Shown: positions 1 through 11,775, counted from the first letter of the stretch. The stretch is 64,000 bases of DNA from Monocercomonoides exilis PA203 (GCA_001643675.2 LSRY02000046.1:620001-684000), one strand, 5' to 3'. Notes: generated from the letters alone by a model not told the origin. Made by a program: numbers and translations.

Positions 1-125
1 ACATCACCAGTTTTCTTACTGCTATACTACATTAGAGTGATGTCTCTTTTTTTATATTTTCACGAATTTATATTGGCATTTGAATAATATTTTTTTCGAA
101 AGTTTAAACTCTTTGAAATGAATAA

Positions 126-2159
126 ATGTTACAAAAGATCATCATAGATTTGGTTTTGATGGTTTCATTGCCAGAGGAATATAATGTAGCTGGCAATCTT
201 TTAGGTCTTGGAGAAGATATACATTTGGAAATTATTCATGAAATGGAATCCATTCGTGATGTGCAAATGGTTTGTATTCTTGAGGATAAATGAAATAATT
301 TTGATTTTGACGTAGTTTCTTGCTGTATCAAAAATAACTAAAAATCTGATACATCATTATAAATTTTCTTGGGCAACTCATTCAGGTTTACTAAAATTAC
401 TCCATTGTTAATTTTCAAATTGCTTTTTTATTAAAAAGCATTAAAAAGTCTAACGGGAACAAAAGCCTTTGTATTTGATAACCCAAAAAAAGTTGAAATT
501 CTTCTTCGACCAAATATTCCGAAAGATTTTGTTGATTTAGCCCCTTTTGAAGTTGATATCTTACCTGAAAAAAGCAATCGCTATTCTCAAAAAAATGTGA
601 TTCGTGAATTATGTATCCTTCAACAAAGTGTGCGTATAAATAGCTTGCATTCTACGTCTGGTTTAGCTGCTCTATACATTGATGGTTATGGAACTTTACA
701 AAAGCAGTTCATTCAACCTTCATCTTCTCTATCTGATGAGGCAAAAATTGCCCTTAAAAAGTGGTTTGAGCAGCTATCGATGCCATCTCCTTCTATTAAA
801 TTCAAGTCCATTTCTTCAACAGGATGTTTGGTAGCTGCAGTAGCTGAAAGTGGTACATTGTTCGTTCGAGGATTAGATATGTATGGAGCACCTCATTACG
901 ATGGAAATTCGTTTAGAGTTATCTCCATGTTTCAAAGCAAGAATGGAAATATTGAATCTTCATTGGGACCTTCTCCAATTCTTTCGGCCACTGCTTTATA
1001 TGACAGATGCATTGTGATTTTGCAAAATGGAGCGGTGTTTGTGCTAGGGAAGCTGATTGATTATAAATGGCCATCTCGATTTATACCAGATTATGGAATC
1101 GCTGAACTGACTGACGAAACGATTTTCGTGCCCAAATTTATTCCGCAGCTCTGCGGTGACTTAGCCTTGAGGAGGAGGAAGAAGAAGAAGGTCGAGAAAA
1201 AAGTTGAAGGCAGTCAGAACGATGATTCGAGTTTGAAGGTAAAGCCATCTGCATTTCAAGAATGGGAGATGGAAAGAGAGAGGAGGGATAGAGAAGAAGC
1301 GTTGGAATTGGAGAAAGCCAATGGAACGCATTTGGACAATGACGCTACGCATGTAGGGGAGGATGATTTCTATGGATTGTTTGGTACGCACAAGCCTGTC
1401 CAGTATGTTCGGTCGATGGATTGTTTTCTGAGCAGCGAAGGGATTGTGCTGATGTTTGTGAAGAAGTCTGCAGCAGTGAGCGAGTTTGGAGGAGCGCTGC
1501 GCTACATTGACGAGGTATATTGCACGCCGATAAGCCCGGCGATGTTCTTCAAGGGCGAAAGGGTGGTTGCGATGGAGCACCATTTGGGGGATGTGTATAT
1601 GACGAACATGGGCACGCTGTATTTGACAAGGGGATTCAGAAAGATGCCTGGTGTTGTGAGCGATCTGCGCTCCCCGCTGCAAACAATGAAGATTGGCTTT
1701 GACGTGGCTTCTGTGAAGTCGTTGATTTTGCCTACGCGCGGGAGAATAGCGCTTCTGAATGACGATGGGAGAGTGTGGAGCTGCAAGTATGGGTGGGGAG
1801 AAGGAGACGAGGAAGCTTGGGAAGAGGAATATGAAAGCGATAAAGATGATAGTTTTTTGATGTTCTCGGATTTATCCAGTGACTCTTCTGAGGATGACAG
1901 TAATTTCAGCGAAAGTCTTACGGATGAAGATGATATAGATGAGCTTCATTATTCAAAGGAAAAAAGATTAAAACAGTTTAAAAAGCGATTATCACATAAG
2001 GAGATAATGAAAATGAAAGAGATTGTCATGAAAGAGAAAAGGATTGACGATGTCACTGAATGGTTAAGACGTATTTCTGAGAGTTTCTCAACTCCAAGTG
2101 GGATGATATGCAAATCATTTGGACAGTCGGGACCGTATTTTTATTTTATTATGGAATAG
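126..2159 (+). CDS. F-box-like protein with a degenerate RCC1/BLIP-II-like repeat region (3 exons; introns ~270-315 and ~386-438)
   Basis: Splicing ATG126 into ORF 597..2159 gives LLGLGEDIHLEIIHEMESIRDVQM|FLAVSKITKNL, which fits the F-box pattern. Downstream segments AVAESGTLFVRG, VILQNGAVFVLG, MTNMGTLY and LLNDDGRVWSC resemble RCC1 repeats. Confidence 0.55.
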
Positions 2160-2349
2160 ACTTATGCAAATTTTTTCACATAAATTTTCTTTTTTGGGTT
2201 TTGATTGTTTTAAAAAGATTTTCGAAAAGAAGAAAATTTTAAAGTATCTTTAAGAATTTTTTTTTAAACATAAAAGAAAATTTTTGTTTAAATTTTGATC
2301 ATTCGAAAAATATATTTATAAAGGAAGGATCGTTTATAACAAACTCAAG

Positions 2350-3774
2350 ATGGCAGAAAAAGTGTTTATGCAAGTCCCAAAGCTTTTGTTGCCCAAGCCA
2401 GAATTTAGAAAGCACTGGCCAGTTGTTGCTTGCGATCAATTTACCAGGTTTTGTGTTTTATGAAAGAGTTTTATTTTCATTTCAAACTTATTTTATGCTG
2501 GCAAATTTTATAGTGAACCACAGTACTGGGAAGCAGTTAAAAAGGAGGTTGGATCTGATCCCTCGATGTTACATTTGATACTTCCAGAATTATATCTTGA
2601 ATCTCCAGAAGAAGAGGGAATGATTCAAGACATTATTAAATCGATGCAAGAATATATGGATAAAGGAATTTTTGAAGAACTTCAAACTTGCGTTTATTTA
2701 GAAAGACGAACTCGTAAAACTCCATGCCGTCGTGGAGTAATCATGGCACTTGATCTTGAGGCTTATGACTTTCATTCTGATAGTCATCCATCTCCAATTC
2801 GCCCAACAGAAATGACCGTTGTTGAAAGAATTCCGCCTCGACTGAGGGTGCGTTCAAAGGCGTTAATTGAATCTCCTCATATTCTTGTGTTGGTTGATGA
2901 CCCTGAAAGAAAAATTATTGAACCATTGACAGAGGAAAAAGAAAAAATGGAAAAATTGTATGACCAAGAACTGATGCTTGGGGCTGGACATATTTGTGGT
3001 TATCGCATTCCTCCTGAAAGTGTGGATCGTATTGTCCAGCAACTGAACAAATTATTTGATCCTAAAGTATTTGAAGAAAAATACAAAGTTGCTCCAGGAA
3101 CACCAACTTTGTTATATGCTGTTGGTGATGGAAATCATTCGTTAGCAACTGCAAAGCAATCTTGGGAAAACATCAAAAGTGCATGCCCACCAGAAAAGTT
3201 GGATGAGCTGATGAAGACACATCCTGCAAGATTCTGCATGATTGAACTGAGCAATATTTATGATGAAGGTATCGAATTTGAACCAATCCACCGTGTTCTG
3301 TTTGGTGTCAAGGAGCGTTTAATTGATGCTTTGCAGAAGAAGTTTGGAGCAGAAGCGGTTTTGACAACTCAGTGTGAGTCTCTTGCAAAGTTGAAAGAAG
3401 CTGTCGAGCATCCACCTTCAACTATACCAAAAGACAAGCATAGCTTTGGACTTATCGAAGGAGAAAAGTTCTATCTTGTTTCTATTCCTGCAGGTAATCA
3501 AACTTTGCCGGTTGGAGCAATTCAAACATTTCTTGATTCACCTGAGTACAAGCCTCAATATTCTAAAATCGACTATATCCATGGCGATGACGTTGTTATT
3601 TCACTTATTAGACAAGACATTGAGCACAACATTGGAATTATCCTTCCTGTAATGTCAAAAGACTCTCTTTTCCCAACAGTCATAAAGAATGCACGACTTC
3701 CAAGAAAAACATTTTCAATGGGAGAAGCAGATGAAAAGAGATTCTATTTTGAGTGTAGAAAAATTGTTCCATAA
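2350..3774 (+). CDS. DUF1015 family protein of bacterial type; one intron 2448-2513
   Basis: Spliced N-terminus MAEKVFMQVPKLLLPKPEFRKHWPVVACDQFT|SEPQYW joins ORF 2566..3774. It carries IRPTEMTVVERIPPR, AVGDGNHSLATAK, FEPIHRV and LPRKTFSMGEADEKRFYFE, motifs I recognise from bacterial DUF1015 proteins. Confidence 0.85.
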
Positions 3775-3990
3775 AAGAGCATATTTTGCTATCTGCATTT
3801 TTTTGTTAATGAACGTTTTTTAAGCTTATCAATTCATTGGAATTGATTTTTATACTATGAAGCGCATTGTTTTAATTATTGCAAAGTTCTCTGTTTTTTT
3901 ATTTTCTGTTGACACAACATTTTTAATAATGTGATCTTTCATTATGACCCATTGTAAATTTTTGTTTGTTTTTTGACAGAAAAAGAGTTT

Positions 3991-6900
3991 ATGGACTTTG
4001 CTAGCATTAATGTAATTTCTTTAAATGAAGTTATTCCAATTCATTACTCTTTGACGCTTAATTTCGATTCTCTCTGTGATAATTCTCCGAATCCGGATCT
4101 TGTTAAAGGATCTGTTTTTTACAGTTTTAAGGTTATCAGTCCCGTGAAGTCTATTCAAGTTAATGCATCAGCGATAACTATCAAAGAAGTTACACCGATT
4201 GATATGCTTGCATCATTTGACTATCATTCTTATTCCATCAATGAAAAAAACGAAACTGTGACTTTTGAATTTGAAAAAGCTTTAGAACCTTGTCCTGAGT
4301 ACATAATTAAAATTGACTTTGAGTTTAGCTATGCAAAAGATTTGTATGGGGCTTATGTTTCCTATTATCTTGATTCGGAAGGAAGAAAAAAGAAATGTGT
4401 CGCAACTCAATTGGAAGCATCATTTGCCAGAAGAGTTTTCCCTTGTGTTGACCAACCTTTCGCAAAAGCTACATTCGATATTAAGCTAGTTCACCCAAAA
4501 GGAACAACAGCTATATCAAACATGCCCGTTGCGTCCGTCAGTGGAGCAAACTCGGATTGCAGTCTTATTCAAACTGAGTTTATGACAACACCTAAAATGT
4601 CAACCTATCTGATTGCGATTGCAATTGGTGAATTTGATTCAATTGGAGGATCGTGCTGTGGGGGCAAACTTCCATTGACCATATACACCACTCCTGGAAA
4701 AGCTGAAAACGGAAAATTTGCCCTAAAGATTGCTCAAGAAGTCATTGATTTTCTTTCTGAATATACGCGTGTTCCTATTCCTCTTCCGAAAATGGATTTT
4801 TTGTGTGTCCCTGAGTTCAGCCCTGGTGCTATGGAAAATTGGGGATTTATTATTTTCAGAGAAACTTGCCTTTTGGTATCAGATGACTCGTCACCTTCGA
4901 TTTTGAAACAAGTTGCTACTTTCATTGCACATGAGCTAGCGCACCAGTGGGCAGGTGATCTTGTTACTCCTGTTTGGTGGGATGAGATTTGGTTAAACGA
5001 AGGATTTGCAACGCTTCTGGCCAACTTTGTGCTTGGAGAGCTTCATCCAGATTGGAGATTTTCAGAAGAGTTTCAATCAAACGGCACAAAATATGCATTT
5101 GAAGTGGATATGCAGGAAACAACACATCCGATCCATGTAGCAGTGAAAAATGCAATAGATGTGGAAGATTGCTTTGATAGAATAAGCTACGAGAAATCGT
5201 CATCAGTACTTCGCATGCTAATGTCATTCATTGGGCGTGAAGGCTTCCGAAAAGGGTTCTCTAATTATTTGATGGAGCACGCATATTCGTGTACAATGTC
5301 CAAAGACCTCTTTTTTGCGCTTGGTGATGCGGCACAGCAAATTGAAAAGGAAAATGAAAAAAGTTCGGAGAATAAAGGAAATGAAGCAAAAGAACAAGAA
5401 GTAAAAATTGAAGAGCAGAACAAAGGAAAAGTTGTGGTAGAGATGATGAATTCGTGGACGGAGCAATCTGGTTTTCCGTTGGTTTGTGTGAAGCTTATTG
5501 AAGGGAAACTTGGCGCATCATCACAAACTGGGAAATATTCATTAATGGTAAACCAAAGAAGGTTTGTTACACAAAATTTGGAACAAATGGTTGCTTCTAT
5601 AAAAAGTGGGAAAGATCCAGAACCAATTGAATCTGACCTGCCAGATGCAACGCTGTGGCATATTCCGTTGACAATGAAAGTTAAGTGGAGCACATCTGAA
5701 AGTGCGACTGTCGTGTCGACGGTAATGAACAAAAGGGCAACAACTGTTCAACTGACTCCTCCTGTCCCGACTGCTGTGTTAGAGTGGGTGAAAGTGAATG
5801 AAGATCATGCTGGCTTCTACATTGTATATTACGAGCAGCAAGACATGCTTGACGCTTTGCTGCATCAAATTCGATGTGGAAAGAATATTCGAGAAGTGAA
5901 GGGACGAAACGAAGAAATTCTGAGCGGGAGCGATCGCTTGGGCATCATCAGCGATCTTTATTTTCTGACTGTCAGGTCGTTTGGGCAACTTATTCCATTG
6001 CCAGAGTACTTTTCTTTTGCTCAAAAAATCCTTTCTGCATCAGAGGCTCGGAAGTGTGGTGAGACCTCGTATTACGTGTGGAAGTTTATATTAGATAGTT
6101 TGTCCGATAGCGGCGGGATGTTTGTCGAAGGAGCTGTTGATATTTGGGGAGCCAGAAAGTGGAAGCTGGGAGAAGATGAGCTAGCAGATATAGAAAAAGA
6201 ATGCGTTTCTTCATCGAGTTCGCTGACTGTGCAGAATGACAAAACGGAAAAGGAATCTTATGACCCTGTTTTATGCGGGAAAAACTTTAAAGAATGGATT
6301 CTAAGTATCATCCTTCCAAAGGCAGAATCATTGGGACTTTTGGATTTAAAGCAGGAAAAAGAAAGAAATGAGAAGGAGAACAATGAAAAAAGCAAAGACT
6401 TCAATACTCTTCAACTCAGCTCACATTTAATGCCACTGCTTGTAACATATGGGCATGAACAAACGATTTCATTTATGCAGAACTTATTCGATTCAACTTT
6501 TTTGCATTTGCTGCATCCTATTTATGTGGAAATCTTTGAGGAGCTGAAGAGAGAAGGTGCAGTACATAAACAAGTTGAACTCGGTGAAAATGTGAATTTG
6601 GAGCTACTTAAAGGAGGAATGAATTCCGTGGGAATCAAAAAAGAAGGCAAGGAAGCGGATGAAATCATTTTGAAAGAAAGAAGAGAGATGGACGAAAAAT
6701 TAGGTGCTGCATATATCAGCATACTGCCCGAGTTTAGAGAATGTTGTCTGATGTCTGTTGTGTCTCCAAATGCTTGCAATTCAGCATGCTCTAAAGAAAC
6801 TGTTAATGTCAGAGAAAAATCAAATGAAATGCTTTCTCATTCGCTTTCACTTTCGGAACAAAGAAGAGCAATTTTGCTTGCTTTGTATCATTGTTCATCT

Positions 6901-7485
6901 GCTTTGATGGTTGCGTCGGAAAAGAAGTATGTTTTCAATGCGTTTTTGTTATTTGATGGACCGATACAATTGCCAGTCGAATCAGCATCTTCATCATCTT
7001 CATCGTCATCGTCATCAGTTCAGCCATCTGATTCTGTGAAAAGTCGAGAAGCAGACCATTTTAACATCTCGATGGCTTTTGTCATAAATCCATGCACAGA
7101 TATTGGAGTCTACCAGCAGGAAATACACCATGTTCCATTTGTTTTGTCTTTATTATTCTCCACAGGAACGGTTCAAAGGTTGTGGATGTACTTTGCGAGG
7201 CATAATGGGAAGTATGGGTGGAAACTGGCAGCGAGTCGGATTGGTGCGAATCTGCGTAGATTTCTATTAGATCATATGTGCAAACGTATGATTCTTTGTG
7301 GGAAGAACGAAAGAGATCGGCAAATTGTGAATAAGATAACAAGAGATTTTATAAAAGTATTGAAAGAATATCTTGATGAAAGTGGAGTGATGCAGGACAA
7401 GGAAAAAGTGGAATCTAATACAAAGTTCTGGGATCTTCATCACAAAGACGTTTTGGAATGGATTTCCCATTGTATCCAAGAGTAA
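3991..7485 (+). CDS. M1 family zinc aminopeptidase (puromycin-sensitive aminopeptidase/APN-like)
   Basis: TQLEASFARRVFPCVD, TTPKMSTYL, GAMENWG exopeptidase motif, HELAH-x18-E zinc motif (HELAHQW...WLNEGFA) and ISYEK catalytic Tyr, followed by a C-terminal helical domain. First ATG is at 3991; the ORF track starts at TTG 3973. Confidence 0.95.
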   Translation: MDFASINVISLNEVIPIHYSLTLNFDSLCDNSPNPDLVKGSVFYSFKVISPVKSIQVNASAITIKEVTPIDMLASFDYHSYSINEKNETVTFEFEKALEPCPEYIIKIDFEFSYAKDLYGAYVSYYLDSEGRKKKCVATQLEASFARRVFPCVDQPFAKATFDIKLVHPKGTTAISNMPVASVSGANSDCSLIQTEFMTTPKMSTYLIAIAIGEFDSIGGSCCGGKLPLTIYTTPGKAENGKFALKIAQEVIDFLSEYTRVPIPLPKMDFLCVPEFSPGAMENWGFIIFRETCLLVSDDSSPSILKQVATFIAHELAHQWAGDLVTPVWWDEIWLNEGFATLLANFVLGELHPDWRFSEEFQSNGTKYAFEVDMQETTHPIHVAVKNAIDVEDCFDRISYEKSSSVLRMLMSFIGREGFRKGFSNYLMEHAYSCTMSKDLFFALGDAAQQIEKENEKSSENKGNEAKEQEVKIEEQNKGKVVVEMMNSWTEQSGFPLVCVKLIEGKLGASSQTGKYSLMVNQRRFVTQNLEQMVASIKSGKDPEPIESDLPDATLWHIPLTMKVKWSTSESATVVSTVMNKRATTVQLTPPVPTAVLEWVKVNEDHAGFYIVYYEQQDMLDALLHQIRCGKNIREVKGRNEEILSGSDRLGIISDLYFLTVRSFGQLIPLPEYFSFAQKILSASEARKCGETSYYVWKFILDSLSDSGGMFVEGAVDIWGARKWKLGEDELADIEKECVSSSSSLTVQNDKTEKESYDPVLCGKNFKEWILSIILPKAESLGLLDLKQEKERNEKENNEKSKDFNTLQLSSHLMPLLVTYGHEQTISFMQNLFDSTFLHLLHPIYVEIFEELKREGAVHKQVELGENVNLELLKGGMNSVGIKKEGKEADEIILKERREMDEKLGAAYISILPEFRECCLMSVVSPNACNSACSKETVNVREKSNEMLSHSLSLSEQRRAILLALYHCSSALMVASEKKYVFNAFLLFDGPIQLPVESASSSSSSSSSSVQPSDSVKSREADHFNISMAFVINPCTDIGVYQQEIHHVPFVLSLLFSTGTVQRLWMYFARHNGKYGWKLAASRIGANLRRFLLDHMCKRMILCGKNERDRQIVNKITRDFIKVLKEYLDESGVMQDKEKVESNTKFWDLHHKDVLEWISHCIQE

Positions 7486-8211
7486 ATGAGTGATAAACAA
7501 ATTGCTTTCATATATAATTATAGGAAATTTTATCGACCAGGCTCAATTGTTTTTTGTAATTAAAGAAAACGAAAAACAAAATTAAAGCATATAACTCAAA
7601 TTGAGACATGTTTGGAAAAGTGTTTAATGATGATGCAAAAAACTTATAATTACATTTTGACTTTTTTTCACGATTGAGAGAATTTATAAATTGTTTTGAT
7701 CATCTATTTGCTGCTTTTCAGTCCATTCGCTATTTTTGTTTATTTTGAAAGACGGAATTATGAAAGAAATACAATGCTCTTTCATAAATGTAAATGAATA
7801 GATCAACAACATGCTTTTTAATAAATACATTTATTTTTATTTATTTTTTTGTTTTTCTCAAAAAATTTGAAAATATTGAAAATGTTGAACCGATAAAAAC
7901 ATTTTTGTCGAACGAAAATTTTTCTTCATCGATCCATCTGAGTTTCTTTTTCATAAAACACCAAAAAATATTATTTTCTCATTCAGAATCATTAACATTG
8001 TTTTTCATATAATGGACAAAAATTTTTTAAAGTCAATTTTTTTTTCTAAAAATTCAGTTTTTCAATTTGTTTTTGTGATTTTCTAAATATGCCAAAAGGC
8101 GATTACTCCATCAAAAATTGCATTTGCCATATTTTCATCTTTCATACAAAGGCTTTTGTTGCAAATGAGCTTCATTAACAATTATTATATCTATATTTTT
8201 ATTGATACAAT

Positions 8212-8637
8212 GGGTGCTTAACCCGCCCCCTGGTGCCAAACCCGCCCCCTGCAAATTTCTTGAAAATAGAGTTATTTATTTTTGCTTATCACAGTTGTTC
8301 ATTGATAGTGAATTTGATCGAAACTTATTCAAAAAAATTATATATTTTATTTTTTTATTAAAAGACTTTCAAAAAATCAGATTTATAATATTTTAATTTG
8401 GAAAAGAACTTTATCTATATTTACTGAAAAAGAAAAAAAGAAGAGTTCAAAAAATATGCACATGCTTGTTTGTTAATGTGTTTTCAAATATCTTTATTAG
8501 TTTTTTGGATTTGAATTATTCAGCAACAAATTTCGCTTTTTATTTTATTGATCAATTCCATTAAAATGTGAAAAACGAATCGAAAGTTCAGTAGCTGCAT
8601 TGATAGAGGTTTGTGAAAATTGTTTCAAATGTTTTTC
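8212..8637 (+). repeat. Left terminal inverted repeat (~426 bp)
   Basis: Begins GGGTGCTTAACCCGCCCCCTGGTGCCAAACCCGCCCCCTGC and matches the reverse complement of 9980-10405. The only mismatch I saw is near the inner end. Confidence 0.95.
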
Positions 8638-9979
8638 AATGAAAACTTGGTTTTATTATATAAAATCTTGTATATTTAATGTTATTATCGATGTATACGA
8701 CAACTTTGATTCATTTATGGTACATTAATATTTGATTGGCGATAGAAATATTTTTTGTCTTTTTTAATAACATTTTTTAAATGAAGATAATTATTTTTCA
8801 TCATTTTCAAATACTTTAATTTTAATTCACTTAATTATTTTTATGTTTTTGAAATCAAATTTCGAATTGTTGTTCTTCACTGATCAGGAAACATTCTGCA
8901 ACTTTCAATATTATCATCAAAATTTCATATAATCATTAACTTGTTGAAAGTATTTATCATGTGAATTATTTCAAATTCCATGTTTTTTCCAAATTTGTAT
9001 ATTTCCTTAAAAATTAGTGATCATGCAAACGAATGTGACTGCGTTGAACCAAATGCAGTTTTTTTATTTATCAATTGTTATTTTCTTTATTAAACATATT
9101 TTCATTTGTCAGTTCATATTCTTTTCTTCTCATTTCACTTGCATTTTAGAGCTCTTTTCTATTCATTTTTTTGGAATATTTTGCTTTTGAAAAGCAAAGA
9201 CAGTCCAATCATATCATTCAAATTTCTTGAAACAATTTTATATTTATCATTCTTAAATAATGATTTGCAAAAAACATTTGTAGCCAGGGATAAACGTATT
9301 TTCATGAAAATTGTGAGCTAATTTTCATATCGAACTATTTTAATAACATTTTGGAAATTTTTTCACATTTTTAAAGTTATATCGATGAATGACTTATTTA
9401 TTTTTCTTCTAATTATATTTTTTTTCTATTATCATCCTTTTTGAAAAAAGTATTTTAATTTTTGTCAGTGAGATTATCATTTTGAATACGACAGTTCAGG
9501 TTAAATATAACTTGATTAAAAAATGAATGCTAAATCAAAGATTAAAAGTATTCCATCACAATCATTGTTAAAAAATTGCTATTCTGAAAACAACAGTTTT
9601 TTAAAGAAAATATCATTAAAAACAAAAAGCTCATAATTTGCAAATCTGATATCTTTGTGACAAGTGAATAAAACATTCATATGTGCAACAACATTTATAC
9701 GCAGAACGTAAATAACAATTTTGAAAACAATAAAATAACCAAAAATAATCGTCAAAAAAATTAGTATCACCAAAACTCACAAAAGAAAAATATTAGAACT
9801 TGACCAACTTCAACAATAAATATGTTATTACATTTTAACAATGGAAACAATTTATCAAATATTAAATATTCAAAACAAATTAATAAATAAATAACTTAAT
9901 TGAAAAATTCAAATAAAAAAAATGATGAGTTATAGAACAAAATAATAAGCAATAATATAATAAATACAAAGCTGTAATA

Positions 9980-10405
9980 GAAAAACACTTGAAACAATTT
10001 TCACAAACCTCTATCAATGCAGCTACTGAACTTTCGATTCGTTTTTCACATTTTAATGGAATTGATCAATAAAATAAAAAGCGAAATTTGTTGCTGAATA
10101 ATTCAAATCCAAAAAACTAATAAAGATATTTGAAAACACATTAACAAACAAGCATGTGCATATTTTTTGAACTCTTCTTTTTTTCTTTTTCAGTAAATAT
10201 AGATAAAGTTCTTTTCCAAATTAAAATATTATAAATCTGATTTTTTGAAAGTCTTTTAATAAAAAAATAAAATATATAATTTTTTTGAATAAGTTTCGAT
10301 CAAATTCACTATCAATGAACAACTGTGATAAGCAAAAATAAATAACTCTATTTTCAAGAAATTTGCAGGGGGCGGGTTTGGCACCAGGGGGCGGGTTAAG
10401 CACCC
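9980..10405 (-). repeat. Right terminal inverted repeat (~426 bp)
   Basis: Ends GCAGGGGGCGGGTTTGGCACCAGGGGGCGGGTTAAGCACCC, the reverse complement of the left end. Confidence 0.95.
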
Positions 10406-10420
10406 ATGGTAAGTGTCTTT

Positions 10421-10605
10421 TAAATCGTTGTCAGGTGAAAATGCAAATAGAATTTTTTTTTTCAAATTTTTAGTTTCACTCACCAAAATTCACCAACGTG
10501 GAAACAAATATCAGACAAAGTTAAAATTTCCACGAATGAAACACTTGGTTTGGATGAATAACCTTTGAAGAAAACGCATATTTTTCATTTTCACCTGATA
10601 ATTTA
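10421..10605. other. Imperfect nested foldback (long hairpin), possibly a small MITE or structured RNA
   Basis: Nested complementary blocks: TTGTCAGGTGAAAATG / CATTTTCACCTGATAA, TTTTTTTCAAA / TTTGAAGAAAA, CCAA / TTGG and CGTGGAAA / TTTCCACG. Confidence 0.55.
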
Positions 10606-11775
10606 TCAATTGGTTTTTATCAAAAATAACACAAAGACGAGAGATCAATAATTATTTCATGAAGAAAAGACTTTGACAATTCAACACTTCGAAAAAAGTT
10701 ATGCGAAACGCTTTTTTGAAAGTACTAAATGTTTGTGTTCAGGTTTGATGAAACTTAACATTTTTGAAATTTTTTGTGTTCAAATACTTTTATAAACTCC
10801 AAAATCCTAATTTGTGTGTGAAAGAAACATTTGGAAGAGTTTGCTAATGTTTTTGTGAGGTTCAAATGAACAAGAGCATAAATTGATTTAGAAATAATTA
10901 ATAATATTGTTTATTCATGAATGAAAAACTTTTGCGATATTTCGAAAAGAACATCTCACAAATACATTCAAGTGATTATTTTTGATATCGCATTTAATCG
11001 TTCAAGACTTTCGGCTGAAAAATTTCCTTTGAATATCAACAAAAGGACACTGAAAAGTGAAAAGGCATATAAAACACATTTGTGTGTGAATTTCTGTTAT
11101 TTCATCAGCTTTTTTAACTGTTGAAAAGTGTTACGCATTTGAATACAAAAAAACTACGCAATGACAAACAACCATTGAAAAAATTACACACCGAAAAAAG
11201 TTATGATTTCAAAAATGATAATCCATATGTATTAAGCCAAAAAAACATTTTTTTTTTGAATGAATAAAAATGAATGAGTTGAATTATTTTTCTTTAAAAA
11301 ATTTGTTTCACACAACGCCAAAGAAAATTTAACTAATTATTCTTCCATTTATATGTTTTTTTGCAAGAGGAAGTCGGAATAAGAGATAAGATCAGGAAAC
11401 GTTAGGAACAAATCTTTGTTTTTCAAAAAAATGCAAGAATTTTGCCACAAATTCATAAGAGAATAATTCTTTTTAACAAAAATGTTTTGACGTTGAAAAT
11501 ATTTCGTTGGCTGCACGAAATAAATATATTTTCATTTTTGATTTTTTTGATTTTTGTTTTTATTAATTTATTAATTTATTAATAAATTAATTTATTTTTT
11601 TGACTTCAAAAAAAACTTTTTTGTAATTTCGGTACCTGTTTCATGAAAAAAATTGAATTATGTTTAAAAAAAGAAAAAGAAATGAAAAAACAAAAAAGTT
11701 CAGATGATTAAGTGAAAAATTTATATTTCAGAACAGAAGTTTAAGATATCCCATAATATCACATGTTTATGTTTT

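Larger units (their letters stand above)
8212..10405. mobile_element. Non-autonomous DNA transposon (~2.2 kb) with long TIRs and an apparent 2-bp AT target-site duplication
   Basis: 8212-8637 is the reverse complement of 9980-10405 (the same shadow peptide appears in ORFs 8202+ and 10221-). Termini are GGG...CCC, each flanked by AT. The AT-rich interior has no credible ORF. Confidence 0.85.

Noticed and set aside
8202-10403. Near-identical short ORFs LNPPPGAKPAPCKF... on opposite strands
   Set aside because: They result from the terminal inverted repeats, start at TTG/GTG-type codons and show no transposase similarity.
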